A model generated the notes under the pieces. It had not been told where the DNA came from, did not search any database, and saw only the letters and a program-made list of their open reading frames with translations. From contig DATLRH010000005.1 in NCBI GenBank assembly GCA_035534755.1, positions 6,128 through 70,127 of the forward strand: DNA of 64,000 nt. Direction: 5' to 3'. The translations under genes were made by a program, and so were the position numbers. This DNA is from Candidatus Dormiibacterota bacterium. GTDB lineage: Bacteria; Chloroflexota; Dormibacteria; Aeolococcales; Bog-877. The first letter of the stretch is position 1, and each line of letters opens with the position of its first letter. Of the stretch, positions 26,804 through 36,307 are shown one piece after another.

Positions 26804-27931
26804 CTAACCCCTCGAGCGGGGGCCAGAGAAGTCGGGCAGCAGGGAAGAAATGCGCAGCCCAAACCGTTGGTTCAACTCGCCAAGTGGGCGGTGCGCCCGG
26901 TGGGCTTTCTGAGCTACGTCCGGGACCCAAGGCCAACGAGCGACCGCAAATTCGGCCAGCTGGCGCTGCCACACGGCAGCTTGCGAACGGTCGCCACGTC
27001 CAACCCCCATGACCAGGCGGCAGCGCGCGCGCGGAACCCCCGCTTGGTCCAGCGCGCGGATGGTCTGAACGGCTGCGCGGGCGCTCGAGGCGGTGGGCCG
27101 AAGCGGAACCAGGACCGAGTCCGCGAGCGACAGCCAGAAGGCACTGGACCAATGTGGGGGTGTGTTCGTCGCCAGAGCTACCGGACCCCCGTCCACGACG
27201 ACCGCCTCGAATTGAGGCGACACGAAGTAGGTGTATAGGTAATCCAGGTGTTCGCGCCCGATCGCCGTAGTCGACCCCGGGGAAAGCAGCGCCTGGAGCC
27301 CCGAACGGGAGTCGACCCAAAGCAGGGAATCCAGATGGACTCGGCGTTCCGCCAGCTCGGGGAGCGCCAGAAGCACCCGGTCCAAGCGTGCGCTTGGGCA
27401 CCGCATCGAGCTGAGGTCCGCGACACCCAGCCGCGTGTCGAGGTCGGCGTGGAGCGGATCGGAATCGACCAGAAGCACGCGACCGTCGTCACCGGGCGGT
27501 CGGCTGGCAAGCTGGGCCGCAACCTCCAGGGCCAGGGTAGTCCGCCCGACGCCGCCACTTCCGCCGGTCACAACCACGACGACCGGAGTGCCTCGATGCT
27601 CGAGCGGGAGGGGCACCGAAGGCGCGGCGCGCGGGGTGGACGACTCAAATCGGAAGGGACGCGCTCGAATCAGGTTCTCCAGGCGCCGGGGAACGCGTTT
27701 CCAACCGTGTGGTCCCCGCACGGTAGCGTCAATCCCTCCATTGGCTGCCCACAACAACGGGTGGCGAGGCAGCCCCGAAGGGGGGGAGGGACTAGCTGAG
27801 GACTTCCAACGCAGCGTTGTCTCCGTCGCTCCCGACTCCAGCTCAGGGGGTGGGGGTAAAGGACCCCTCCCCCGACTGTCAGGTACGCCACGCTCGACTC
27901 TGATATTTCTCGGCCCATCTGGGTCTAGCAT
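26804..27931 (-). CDS. MinD/ParA/CpaE-family P-loop ATPase with ~110-aa Pro/Ser-rich N-terminal region
   Basis: Deviant Walker A VVVVVTGGSGGVGRTTLALEVAAQLA, then …VLLVDSDP…. The ATG at 27931 is 1 nt from the upstream TadG-like stop (coupled). Confidence 0.7.
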   Translation of the reverse strand: MLDPDGPRNIRVERGVPDSRGRGPLPPPPELESGATETTLRWKSSASPSPPSGLPRHPLLWAANGGIDATVRGPHGWKRVPRRLENLIRARPFRFESSTPRAAPSVPLPLEHRGTPVVVVVTGGSGGVGRTTLALEVAAQLASRPPGDDGRVLLVDSDPLHADLDTRLGVADLSSMRCPSARLDRVLLALPELAERRVHLDSLLWVDSRSGLQALLSPGSTTAIGREHLDYLYTYFVSPQFEAVVVDGGPVALATNTPPHWSSAFWLSLADSVLVPLRPTASSARAAVQTIRALDQAGVPRARCRLVMGVGRGDRSQAAVWQRQLAEFAVARWPWVPDVAQKAHRAHRPLGELNQRFGLRISSLLPDFSGPRSRG

Positions 27932-28509
27932 GGGCGCGCTCGCGCCATCGGAGCGGAGGAGTTCCCCCCGAAAGCGTGCACCATCCAGGCAGTGGCGCTA
28001 GTCCTCAACCTGACACTCGACAAGCCGGGGAAGACAAGGAGCGGCAGGTGGATCGTCCGCCAAACCTCCACCACCACCCCGTCTGGTGCGCCCCCAGCTG
28101 CACACCGGGAGGCGAGGCGAATGGCGCAACCGGACGCCTGGGCGCGGGACGACGGAAGTGGATGTGCCCCGAGGCTTCCGCACCCATTGAGCGCTCCCGG
28201 GCTGCCTGCGCCAAGGACGCTGGCTACCACCTGATCGACCGTGCCGACCCGATTGCGACAGTCGGCCCCACCGTCCGGAGCGCCGCACAGCTGGAAGACT
28301 TCGTGCTCTTGGAGCGCCGTCACGTCCACCGCTTGGGCGCCAGCCTCTGCAGCAGACTGCGTCTCCCCGACAAGAGCGTCGTAGTTTGAAAGCAGAAGGC
28401 CTCCGTCCACGGCTAGTCCAGCCACTGGCAGAAGGAGGAGGGCCAACATCACACAGAAAATTGGGAGAATCTGACCTCGGGACCGACAGCGCCGCGAGCC
28501 GTTTGACAT
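27925..28509 (-). CDS. TadE/TadG-like pseudopilin (Flp pilus assembly, PF13400-like N-terminus)
   Basis: Start at MSNGSRRCRSRGQILPIFCVMLALLLLPVAGLAVDGG, a basic segment then a hydrophobic helix typical of TadG/TadE proteins. The track ORF is over-extended. Confidence 0.6.
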   Translation of the reverse strand: MSNGSRRCRSRGQILPIFCVMLALLLLPVAGLAVDGGLLLSNYDALVGETQSAAEAGAQAVDVTALQEHEVFQLCGAPDGGADCRNRVGTVDQVVASVLGAGSPGALNGCGSLGAHPLPSSRAQASGCAIRLASRCAAGGAPDGVVVEVWRTIHLPLLVFPGLSSVRLRTSATAWMVHAFGGNSSAPMARARPC

Positions 28510-28516
28510 CCCTACC

Positions 28517-29101
28517 TCAGCAGCCATCGCCAGTCGGATCGACAGTTGGGTCCCGGCTGCGAAATGGGTCGATCTTTTCGGTTGCGGTCGCCGCAAGGCG
28601 AGGAGAGAGCCAATACCCAATCAGGGGAATCCAGGCGAGATCGGGTCGATACACAACTGTAGCCACCACATCCCCGTCCGTCGGCGCCCCCGTCTGTGGT
28701 CCGCTGCCGATTCGACAGAAGGTGTCATTCTCACCGCCGTAGCCGAACCAGACTTCGAACGATCCACTCCCCAGGCCCGCCGGAAGTGTCTCACTGGCCG
28801 GGATCGGCCCGACACATGCGCCATGTAGCCCATCGGCAAGGGTGGCTGGGAGGAGGCCATGACTTTCAGCGAGAACGGTCGCTAGCTCCTGGTGGGCACC
28901 GGCGCACGCTTGAGTCGCATCCTGGCCGCGGGCGCCCACCAACGCACTGGCATTCGCAGCGGTTTCGATCGCCATCTCGGTCCTGGCGAGCTGCACCACG
29001 GCGACAGCTCCGCATCCGAGGACGAGCACGACTGGAAGTGCGATTGCTAGCTCGACCAGGGCCTGTCCACAGCAGTATCCACGCGTGGCCGCCGGCGTCA
29101 T
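28517..29101 (-). CDS. tadE: TadE-like pseudopilin
   Basis: Internal start MTPAATRGYCCGQALVELAIALPVVLVLGCGAVAVVQLARTEM, the TadE N-terminal motif (E-L-A-I-x-L-P). ATGA overlap with the upstream gene stop. The upstream 137 aa of the track ORF overlap the neighbouring gene and are rejected. Confidence 0.7.
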   Translation of the reverse strand: MTPAATRGYCCGQALVELAIALPVVLVLGCGAVAVVQLARTEMAIETAANASALVGARGQDATQACAGAHQELATVLAESHGLLPATLADGLHGACVGPIPASETLPAGLGSGSFEVWFGYGGENDTFCRIGSGPQTGAPTDGDVVATVVYRPDLAWIPLIGYWLSPRLAATATEKIDPFRSRDPTVDPTGDGC

Positions 29102-29745
29102 CCGACTAGGGCCTCTACCTGAAGGCGGAGCTGAACGTTCAGAGGGAGAGCGTCCACGCCCGCAGAGCTTGCGAGTGGCACGACCGTGCGCAAGGTTCCC
29201 CGGATCCAAATGTCGACAGCCGTGGCCGGCCACGACGTGTAGGCGAGGCAGATGACGACGTGGCCAGGAGGGAGCGTTACGTGGCAGGGGGCCATGGAGC
29301 GCGCGACTCCGAAGCAACTGGACCGATGGCAGCCCGGATTCTGGCTGCCATCGAGGTTGCCTGGAGACGGACCCAAGGACGCTGTTGCCGAGAGCGACGG
29401 ATCCGACGGGACGCAGGACTGGATGGTGGCCTGCTGGGGACGCCCATCGGCATAGTCGAGACATCGCGCGGGTACTCCGCAACCACCGCGGGGCGCGGTC
29501 CCGCCTTCGCACGAGGTTATTTGGGCCATGTCGAGAACTGCCCCGGTCAGCGATCTCGCCGCAGTCGACTGGCCCGCCAACAACTCCGCGACAGGCTCCC
29601 CTGGTATCGGCTGGCTCGAAGCAGTACGGGCTCCTACTAGTGCGGCGCTCTGTGCCCCCTCCGCCGAAAGCGCTGAGAGTCCCAGCTGAACAGCACCAAG
29701 ACTGGCGGCAAAGAAAATTGTCACACCGATCGCCATTTCGATCAT
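29098..29745 (-). CDS. TadE-like pseudopilin
   Basis: Internal start MIEMAIGVTIFFAASLGAVQLGLSALSAEGAQSAALVGAR, 26 nt downstream of the tadC stop. The upstream part of the track ORF overlaps tadC and is rejected. Confidence 0.7.
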   Translation of the reverse strand: MIEMAIGVTIFFAASLGAVQLGLSALSAEGAQSAALVGARTASSQPIPGEPVAELLAGQSTAARSLTGAVLDMAQITSCEGGTAPRGGCGVPARCLDYADGRPQQATIQSCVPSDPSLSATASLGPSPGNLDGSQNPGCHRSSCFGVARSMAPCHVTLPPGHVVICLAYTSWPATAVDIWIRGTLRTVVPLASSAGVDALPLNVQLRLQVEALVG

Positions 29746-29771
29746 CGCCTGGCCCCGCTGCGCTGGAAGTG

Positions 29772-30680
29772 TCACGAAAATGCCGTGGAGAGCCGAGCCA
29801 GCGCGGGGTAAAGAATGATGATCACGAAGGGCAGGAGAATGCACAGCGCTACGGGAAGCAACATCGCCACCAAGGCGCGCCGTCCCCGCGCCATGAGCTC
29901 GTCCCGCTGACGGTCCCGCAGCCCCCGGGCTACCTGGCCAAGCGGCGATGCGGTGGATACGCCTTCCTCGCGCTGAATCCGAACCACTGCGGCCAGCGCC
30001 GCCAATGCGGGAATCCCAAGTTGATCGCTGACAGTCTCCAACTGACGATCCAATGGTGGTGTGCCGGCGGTAGCCGACGCTGTGAGGCACTCGCGAAGTA
30101 GGAGCGCTGCCTCCCCCTCCACGCGATTCACGACCAGCTCGATCGCGGTGCGCGCCCCAACACCCCCTCCGCCCTGCTCAAGCGCCATAAGGTCCACCAA
30201 AATAGGTAACTGATCCTCGATAACCCGTCGCCTGCGGCTAGCTATCTGCATTAGCCGCCCGCCAACAGCCAGCGGGCCCGCGACGAGCGCCATGAACACG
30301 AGACCGGGTGGTAATTGCTCCGCGAGCACCAAGGTCACCGTCGCGACGGTCAAACCGACGGTCAGCAAGATGGCATAGCTGACTACCAACTCGGGCGGAG
30401 CGCCGATTCCGGCTCGGGCAAGCAGACCTGAAAGCGTCACTCGCGCTGAGATGGGGAGATGCCGCTGCAGGTACCGCCCCGGTATTCCAAGGACTCGCCC
30501 CGCCCGCGCCCATCCGCGACCCGGACGGGTGGCCGCGCTGCTAACGCGGCGCATAGAGCGGAACCGGAGCCATTCTTCGGCGGTCGGTCGATGCGGCCAG
30601 ACGGCCGCGAGCGCAGCAGCGGCAACGGCGAGACCCGCGGCGCCCGCAAGGATCGGCAGATCCCAAGGCAGGGTAGGCAT
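29772..30680 (-). CDS. tadC: Flp pilus assembly inner-membrane protein TadC (T2SS-F/GspF domain)
   Basis: Start at MPTLPWDLPILAGAAGL, 2 nt after the tadB stop. T2SSF-domain core …LRECLTASATAGTPPLDRQLETVSDQLGIPALAALAAVVRIQREEGVS…. Confidence 0.75.
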   Translation of the reverse strand: MPTLPWDLPILAGAAGLAVAAAALAAVWPHRPTAEEWLRFRSMRRVSSAATRPGRGWARAGRVLGIPGRYLQRHLPISARVTLSGLLARAGIGAPPELVVSYAILLTVGLTVATVTLVLAEQLPPGLVFMALVAGPLAVGGRLMQIASRRRRVIEDQLPILVDLMALEQGGGGVGARTAIELVVNRVEGEAALLLRECLTASATAGTPPLDRQLETVSDQLGIPALAALAAVVRIQREEGVSTASPLGQVARGLRDRQRDELMARGRRALVAMLLPVALCILLPFVIIILYPALARLSTAFS

Positions 30681-30684
30681 CTCC

Positions 30685-31665
30685 TCAGCCTCGCCAGCTT
30701 CCGGCTCGGGATCGCCGAAACGTGCCGCTCGTCCCCGCGACCTCGGCGGACACCAGGTGCCCCTCACCCGCCGCGCTTCGATCGGACGAACGCGCCCCCC
30801 GGGCGGCCAGGAGGTCTGTGGAAAGGGTTAGCACGTCTGGCTGCGGCAGTCGGAGGAGTCGAACCATCCACGCATACCCGACCACGATCACTCCGGTCAA
30901 AGCACCTAAGAGCAGCTCCCCTCCGGCCGTCGTGTAGGGCGCAAGATACTGGGGATTGACGACCCGCAGTAGGGCGAGCAAACCGATCGGCATCAACGCG
31001 ATCACCAAGGCCCCGAGGCGGCCCTGGGCCTGCTCCGCCCGAAGTTGCCCCTGTACCGCCTCGATCTGGTGGGCAGCTCGGCCCAGTTCGCTAAGGAGGG
31101 GTGCGAGACGCCCTCCAGATTGGTTTCCGATTGTCAACGCGGCCGCGATCAGAGTGAAGAGAGGCTGGCGTAATCTCTCTTGAGCCTCAAGCAATGCCTC
31201 CTCGAGAGAAACCTCACCGAGACGGGCGACGATGCGAGCCACTTCGGGTCGCACTGGGGCCGGACCGCTTTCCGCAAGAACCACTAAGGACTGCCGGGTA
31301 CTGTGCCCGGCGGGGAGCAGCTGAGCCAGGAGGTCCACCGCGCTGAGCAACGCGGAACCGATCTCGGCAGCCCGGCGTGCAGCACGCCAGCGAGCAAACG
31401 CTGACGATGCTCCCAAACCTAGGGCCGCTCCAACCAGCGCCGGGGCCGCGAGACCCAGAAGCGCGTAAGCCAGCAGGCCAGCGATCACGGCGCTGACCAC
31501 GGCTGGCAGTTGATGCCGGAGCCACGCAAGCACAACCCGTGCCTCAAGGCTCGGGCCGGCTGCCGGGAGGACTCTTCGGCTCGGCCGCGCGACCAGGAGA
31601 ATTACCGTCGATCCAGCCGCCAGTGCAGCTAGTACTGCCAAGGCTAATTCTGGTGTGGTCACCAC
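30685..31665 (-). CDS. tadB: Flp pilus assembly inner-membrane protein TadB (T2SS-F family)
   Basis: 326 aa polytopic. T2SSF-like segment …RQPLFTLIAAALTIGNQSGGRLAPLLSELGRAAHQIEAVQGQLRAEQAQGRLGALVIALMPIGLLALL…. Confidence 0.75.
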   Translation of the reverse strand: MVTTPELALAVLAALAAGSTVILLVARPSRRVLPAAGPSLEARVVLAWLRHQLPAVVSAVIAGLLAYALLGLAAPALVGAALGLGASSAFARWRAARRAAEIGSALLSAVDLLAQLLPAGHSTRQSLVVLAESGPAPVRPEVARIVARLGEVSLEEALLEAQERLRQPLFTLIAAALTIGNQSGGRLAPLLSELGRAAHQIEAVQGQLRAEQAQGRLGALVIALMPIGLLALLRVVNPQYLAPYTTAGGELLLGALTGVIVVGYAWMVRLLRLPQPDVLTLSTDLLAARGARSSDRSAAGEGHLVSAEVAGTSGTFRRSRAGSWRG

Positions 31666-31671
31666 TTATCT

Positions 31672-33039
31672 CTAAGGGCTGGCGCTGCTTCGAAACGAAG
31701 CCACCACCTGGTTGAGGTCGATGCCAGCCCCGTCGAACTTGCCGGCGATTTTGGGCGGCAAGTCATCAAGTCTCCTGACCGCCCAGTTCCACTCACCACG
31801 GCCACGGTCGTAGTGGCAGATTTGCTCTACGACGGGAATGTCGCCCTCCACCTGTCCGGTGACGAGCCCAAGAGCACTGACAACTCGCCGATCCTTTCCG
31901 TCGTTACCGTGAAACCTCGCCAGGTGCACGACGAGGTCGACCTTCGTGGCAATCTCCCTGGCGACCCCGCTGGGCTCGGCGCGCACCTGGGCTGGATGGC
32001 GTCGGACCAGAGCGGCCAACCGGATTAAGGCATCCCGAAGGCTGTTGGCGTGGAGGGTGGTCCCGCTGCCATCATGGCCAGTGCCCATGGCATCGATCAC
32101 ATCCAACGCCTCGGGCCCACGAGATTCGCCAACGAAGATGCGATCCGGTCGCTGCCGAAGTGCGTTTCGCACAAGCTGCTGGATGGTGATCTCGCCCTCG
32201 CCCTCAGTATTGGCCTCGCGCGCTTCCAAGGAGATGGCGTTCGATCGCCCTCCCGCCGTGGCGTGGATGTGAAGCTCGCGCTGGTCCTCAATCGTGATGA
32301 TCCGCTCCGACTTCGGGATCTCGCGGATCAAGACCCGCAGCATGGTGGTCTTACCGCTGCCGGTACCGCCGGACACGACGAAGTTGAGCCGGGCCAGCAC
32401 CGCGGCCTGAAAGAGGGGGACGAGCTCCCAGGGCAATGTGTGGGCTTGCGCCAGGTCGGCTAGCCCTGCAAAGCGGGCCAACTGGTGGCGCCGAATAGTC
32501 ACCGCCATCGGCACGGCCACCGGCGGTAGGACGGCGTTGAGTCGGGAACCGTCTTCCAGAGTCGCGGTGACCATCGGACTTGCCCGGTCCAGCCGCGAGG
32601 AACCATTGCCCAACATCTGCCTAACGGTTTGCAGTAGTTCTTCCTCGGAGGAGAACTCCACTTCCGCGTTTTCTTGGACGCCATCCCGCAAAACCAAGAC
32701 TTCGCGAGGTCCGTTGACGATCACCTCCTCAACCAACGGGTCGGCGAGCAGTTCGGTCAGGGGACCAAGCGGAGTCACCCGAAAGAGCACCCGGCGCCTC
32801 AGGGCAGAGTAGCTATCCCGTGCGAGAACTGGAGATCCGTTGTGCGGGGCCCGGGCGTGATACCTCTCGACTTCCTCCTGGACGAACGCTTCGATCCACT
32901 CGTGGTCCTCGACACGAACCCGGGTCTCAGCTCGGCGCGAGAGTTGGTCAGTGATTCTCAACTGTACCTGCGCGAGAACCTGGTGCTCGGCAATCTGCTG
33001 CGCCGAGTCGGCTCCTGGGACTGGTTTTAGCTGGCGCAT
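31672..33039 (-). CDS. tadA: Tad pilus secretion ATPase CpaF/TadA (VirB11-type traffic ATPase)
   Basis: Walker A VVSGGTGSGKTTMLRVL. Walker B and His box (IFVGESRGPEALDVIDAMGTGHDGSGTTLHANS). Start trimmed to MRQLKPVPG, 2 nt after the cpaE stop. Confidence 0.9.
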   Translation of the reverse strand: MRQLKPVPGADSAQQIAEHQVLAQVQLRITDQLSRRAETRVRVEDHEWIEAFVQEEVERYHARAPHNGSPVLARDSYSALRRRVLFRVTPLGPLTELLADPLVEEVIVNGPREVLVLRDGVQENAEVEFSSEEELLQTVRQMLGNGSSRLDRASPMVTATLEDGSRLNAVLPPVAVPMAVTIRRHQLARFAGLADLAQAHTLPWELVPLFQAAVLARLNFVVSGGTGSGKTTMLRVLIREIPKSERIITIEDQRELHIHATAGGRSNAISLEAREANTEGEGEITIQQLVRNALRQRPDRIFVGESRGPEALDVIDAMGTGHDGSGTTLHANSLRDALIRLAALVRRHPAQVRAEPSGVAREIATKVDLVVHLARFHGNDGKDRRVVSALGLVTGQVEGDIPVVEQICHYDRGRGEWNWAVRRLDDLPPKIAGKFDGAGIDLNQVVASFRSSASP

Positions 33040-33041
33040 GT

Positions 33042-33947
33042 TCACCGGGAATGACCCCGGACCAGGCCGGCGCCAGCGTAGGGAAAGGCGGTCTGGGAGT
33101 CGCCGTCGACATCGCGGATGGCGCTGCGGAGCGCGGCCGCGACGCTTCTCGCGCAGCGCCACAGAGGTTTAGCCAAGGGTCCGGAGAAGACTGCCGGAAC
33201 TGCGTCGCTCTCCGCCCGCTGGCAGGCGCGGGTGTGCCGAGGAATGGCGGCTATCACGCCCATGCCATAGCGACTACGAAGTGACCGGTCGACGTCGCGA
33301 AGGGCGAGCGTGTCCAGCCGATTCAGTACCACGAAACTGGGCCGGGTTCGCACCGCACCCGCGAGTGGTCCAGCCAGGGTCCGATCCAGGAGGTCGATTC
33401 CCACCTTTGTCGGAACTGCTACCCAAATCAACATCTGGGCGAGGAGGGCTGTCTCCTGGGCCGTGGGCCCATCGAGCGCTCCAAGGTCGACTACGACCAC
33501 GTCGTACCGGCGGCGCAGATGGTTCATCACTTCGCCGACCACCCCTGCGGGCACGATGTCGCCCAGCCCGGCAACGGCTCGGCCGGTGAGTACGTCCAGG
33601 CCGGACGCGGTCTGTAGATGTGCCGAGACCAGTTGTTCGTCTACCCGCCGGAGGGCGGCCTCGTGTGCGAGATACACAAGGGAGCGATCCTCCGCCAGGT
33701 CGAGCTGGACCGCGACGGCCCCGAGGCGGGGATCAGCGTCCACAAGTGCGATAGTCAGCCCTTGGCGGAGCATCGCGAACGCAAGATTGATACTGAGGAA
33801 GGTCACTCCAGGAGCCCCGAGAGCCCCCGTGACCCCCAGAACTATGCCCCTGCTGCCCAGCGGGGTCTCGCTCCCCCGTCCATCGACCGAGTGAATTGGG
33901 CTCGTCCGCGAGTGCCTAAGTACCGCGCGCAGTTGACTAGCCGGCAT
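33042..33947 (-). CDS. tadZ: CpaE/TadZ-like MinD-family ATPase (degenerate Walker A) for pilus localisation
   Basis: Core IVLGVTGALGAPGVTFLSINLAFAML…ALVDADPRLG…DVVVVDLGA (MinD/CpaE fold with non-canonical P-loop). Start trimmed to MPASQLRAV. The first 139 aa of the track ORF are Ser/Arg low-complexity and overlap cpaB. Confidence 0.7.
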   Translation of the reverse strand: MPASQLRAVLRHSRTSPIHSVDGRGSETPLGSRGIVLGVTGALGAPGVTFLSINLAFAMLRQGLTIALVDADPRLGAVAVQLDLAEDRSLVYLAHEAALRRVDEQLVSAHLQTASGLDVLTGRAVAGLGDIVPAGVVGEVMNHLRRRYDVVVVDLGALDGPTAQETALLAQMLIWVAVPTKVGIDLLDRTLAGPLAGAVRTRPSFVVLNRLDTLALRDVDRSLRSRYGMGVIAAIPRHTRACQRAESDAVPAVFSGPLAKPLWRCARSVAAALRSAIRDVDGDSQTAFPYAGAGLVRGHSR

Positions 33948-34728
33948 TCGCTGCCGGAACGGCTCTTGAGCACGATTTGGCCGCAGTGCCCTGGCGAATT
34001 GCGACCAGTGCCTGGTATGGATTTGAGATCGCCTGCTCGGTGCCCTCGCAGCTGACTGCCCCGGTCGGCACGGCCCAGATGGGTTCGGTGGCGTCCAAAA
34101 GTAGCCAGGGCGCGACCTGAGACGGGACGACCTCGATCGTGATTGCGTGCGATGGCTGCTCAGCCTCCATGACCGCGACCGACTGAGCGAGTGGCACGAC
34201 GCAACCCACGGCGGTCGTGTCGCCGCAGAGGTCGGCGCCCGGAGCGACGGATCCTGCCTGCGAGCCAGATACCGCAAATAGGTCGACCCGGTCGCCTGCA
34301 CTAAGTCCTGCAGGCATGAAGGCCAGGTTGAGAGTGAGTTGCCGCAGGGACTCCCCAGAGCCAAATTCCAGATCGTGGCGGAGGATCAGCGCTCCCGCAG
34401 GAATCGATACCAGTGCGACAGCTCCCTGAACCAGCCGGTAATTGCTCTCCGGGATGACGTCAGCTTGAGCAGCCGGGCTGAGGTGGACCCAGGCGCCCCC
34501 GGGACTGAGGTCGGCAGTGCTGGCCTGAAGTACCTGGCCCGCCGGGATCGCTCGGCTCGCGACCAGAACTCGCTCCTGCCCCGTCTGGGCTGCGACCCCG
34601 ATGAGGAGGAACGCGGCTAGGGCAGCGCAGAACGTGACCAAACCCAAAATTGGAACTGCTCGCCGTCTCACTGACCCTACCCCTCCCTGGCGCTCCCACC
34701 CGCTTCGGAGCGACGTCGACGTCCCCAC
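33937..34728 (-). CDS. cpaB: Flp pilus assembly protein CpaB/RcpC (SAF domain)
   Basis: N-terminal TM (AVPILGLVTFCAALAAFLLIGVAA), then the SAF-like LVASRAIPAGQVLQASTADLSP… architecture typical of CpaB. Confidence 0.7.
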   Translation of the reverse strand: MGTSTSLRSGWERQGGVGSVRRRAVPILGLVTFCAALAAFLLIGVAAQTGQERVLVASRAIPAGQVLQASTADLSPGGAWVHLSPAAQADVIPESNYRLVQGAVALVSIPAGALILRHDLEFGSGESLRQLTLNLAFMPAGLSAGDRVDLFAVSGSQAGSVAPGADLCGDTTAVGCVVPLAQSVAVMEAEQPSHAITIEVVPSQVAPWLLLDATEPIWAVPTGAVSCEGTEQAISNPYQALVAIRQGTAAKSCSRAVPAANAG

Positions 34729-34852
34729 GCCGACGTCTCTGATTTTGCGCCGATAGGTGAAGAGAGTGGGAGACTCGGACTAGTGACTAGCCCGTAACTT
34801 ATGATCTCATCGCAAGGGGTTCTGCTCCTACTCGAGGCTGGTCGTGTCCGAA

Positions 34853-35434
34853 TCACGCGACCTCCCGTAACCAGGACGCGCACTCGGCGGAGCGCAGCTT
34901 CGCGATTGCCCGTTTGTATAGTCCCCGAACACGCTCTCGGGGGACTCCCCAACTCGCCGCGATCTCACCGGTGGTCTTGCCCTCGACCAGATGCGCCTGG
35001 ACCACCCGGGCCTGGCCAGGGGTTAGTCGCGAGAGGATCCACTTGATCGTTTCTGCCTGGCACACGGTACGGGCTGGGTCGGGACCCCGATCGCAGAAGG
35101 CGGCGTGACCGGGATTGGCCTCGATCAGCACCTCAAGCGACGGTCCGGTATGGCGGGCCCGAACCTGGTCTGCTTCCCAGCGGTGGTGCCACCGGTGGAA
35201 GGCAATGCTCCGAAGCCATGCCCGCAGACTCGCCTCCCGATCTCCCTGGAATGTGTGCAATCGCGTGATGGCCACGGCGAACACTTCCTGAACGAGGTCA
35301 GCGCGATCCTCGGGGGGGCGCCGCCCGAAACACCTTTCCACGTCCGCCTTGAAGGTGGCAAACATCCAGGTAACGGCTTCCGGCTCCCCAGCCCGAAGCG
35401 GTTGGATTCTCGTCGCAAATGGGACGTCGTCCAT
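34853..35434 (-). CDS. ECF-type RNA polymerase sigma-70 factor
   Basis: Region 2 …DLVQEVFAVAITRLHTFQGDREASLRAWLRSIAFHRWHHRW. Region 4 HTH LTPGQARVVQAHLVEGKTTGEIAASWGVPRERVRGLYKRAIAKLR. It is the first gene of the Tad-like cluster. Confidence 0.85.
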   Translation of the reverse strand: MDDVPFATRIQPLRAGEPEAVTWMFATFKADVERCFGRRPPEDRADLVQEVFAVAITRLHTFQGDREASLRAWLRSIAFHRWHHRWEADQVRARHTGPSLEVLIEANPGHAAFCDRGPDPARTVCQAETIKWILSRLTPGQARVVQAHLVEGKTTGEIAASWGVPRERVRGLYKRAIAKLRSAECASWLREVA

Positions 35435-35614
35435 CGCCCTCCCTCCTTCCAGGCCCGCCCCCGGACCTCATGGGGTCGAGTCTCGGCCGAGGGTCGCCCG
35501 CCGATCGCTCGTCCCTGGCACGCTTCCCGCCCCGGTTTCGCACCCGGAGCGCACGGATTCCCCCACGTCCCCCGTCAGCAGCTAATCTGTTCGTGAGGGT
35601 GGGGAGGGTCTGGG

Positions 35615-36307
35615 GTGCGCTCTGGTGACCGGGTCGAACTTCTGATAGTCGATGACGATCCCGACACCCGGCATGCCCTGGCGACGCTGCTGGGGTCGGA
35701 TGGGTACCACGTCATCTGCGCCCCGAACGGGCGCGAGGCCCTTCGTCTGATCTCGGACCAAACTCCCGACTGCGTCATCCTCGATTACGCGATGCCAGAG
35801 GTAAGCGGGTTCGAGGTCCTGCGAACGCTCCGCGAGGCAGGTAACGACACCCCGGTCGTACTGCTGAGCGCCAAGAGCGATTCCTTTGACAAGATCTCGG
35901 GGTACGCGAGCGGTGCCGATGTCTACGTAGGTAAGGACGAGGACCCGGGTGTTCTCCGCGCGGCAGTGAGCCGCCTCCTGCAACGGCACGGTACGGTCTC
36001 GACGCGGATTGAATCCCGGGGACTCGTAATCGATACCGCGACTTGGAGCTGTTGCTTGGATGGGGTTCCGGTACGCCTGCCACGGCGTCTCTTCACTCTA
36101 CTGCATGCCCTAGCCAGCCAGCCTGGACGAGTCTTGCGCAAGGAACAGCTTGTCTACCAAGTGTGGGGAATCAACTCCGACATCTACAACCGGGCAGTGG
36201 ACAATGCTGTGGTAGAGCTGCGTCGGGCGCTCAACGAACCAAGCGGGAACCCGCGGTTCATCCATACGGTGCGGGGGGTAGGCTACAAATTTGAGGCGCG
36301 GCCATGA
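35615..36307 (+). CDS. OmpR-family two-component response regulator
   Basis: Receiver LLIVDDDPDTRHALATLL…CVILDYAMPEVSGFEVL. Winged helix …LVYQVWGINSDIYNRAVDNAVVELRRAL…VRGVGYKFEA. Confidence 0.9.
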   Translation: MRSGDRVELLIVDDDPDTRHALATLLGSDGYHVICAPNGREALRLISDQTPDCVILDYAMPEVSGFEVLRTLREAGNDTPVVLLSAKSDSFDKISGYASGADVYVGKDEDPGVLRAAVSRLLQRHGTVSTRIESRGLVIDTATWSCCLDGVPVRLPRRLFTLLHALASQPGRVLRKEQLVYQVWGINSDIYNRAVDNAVVELRRALNEPSGNPRFIHTVRGVGYKFEARP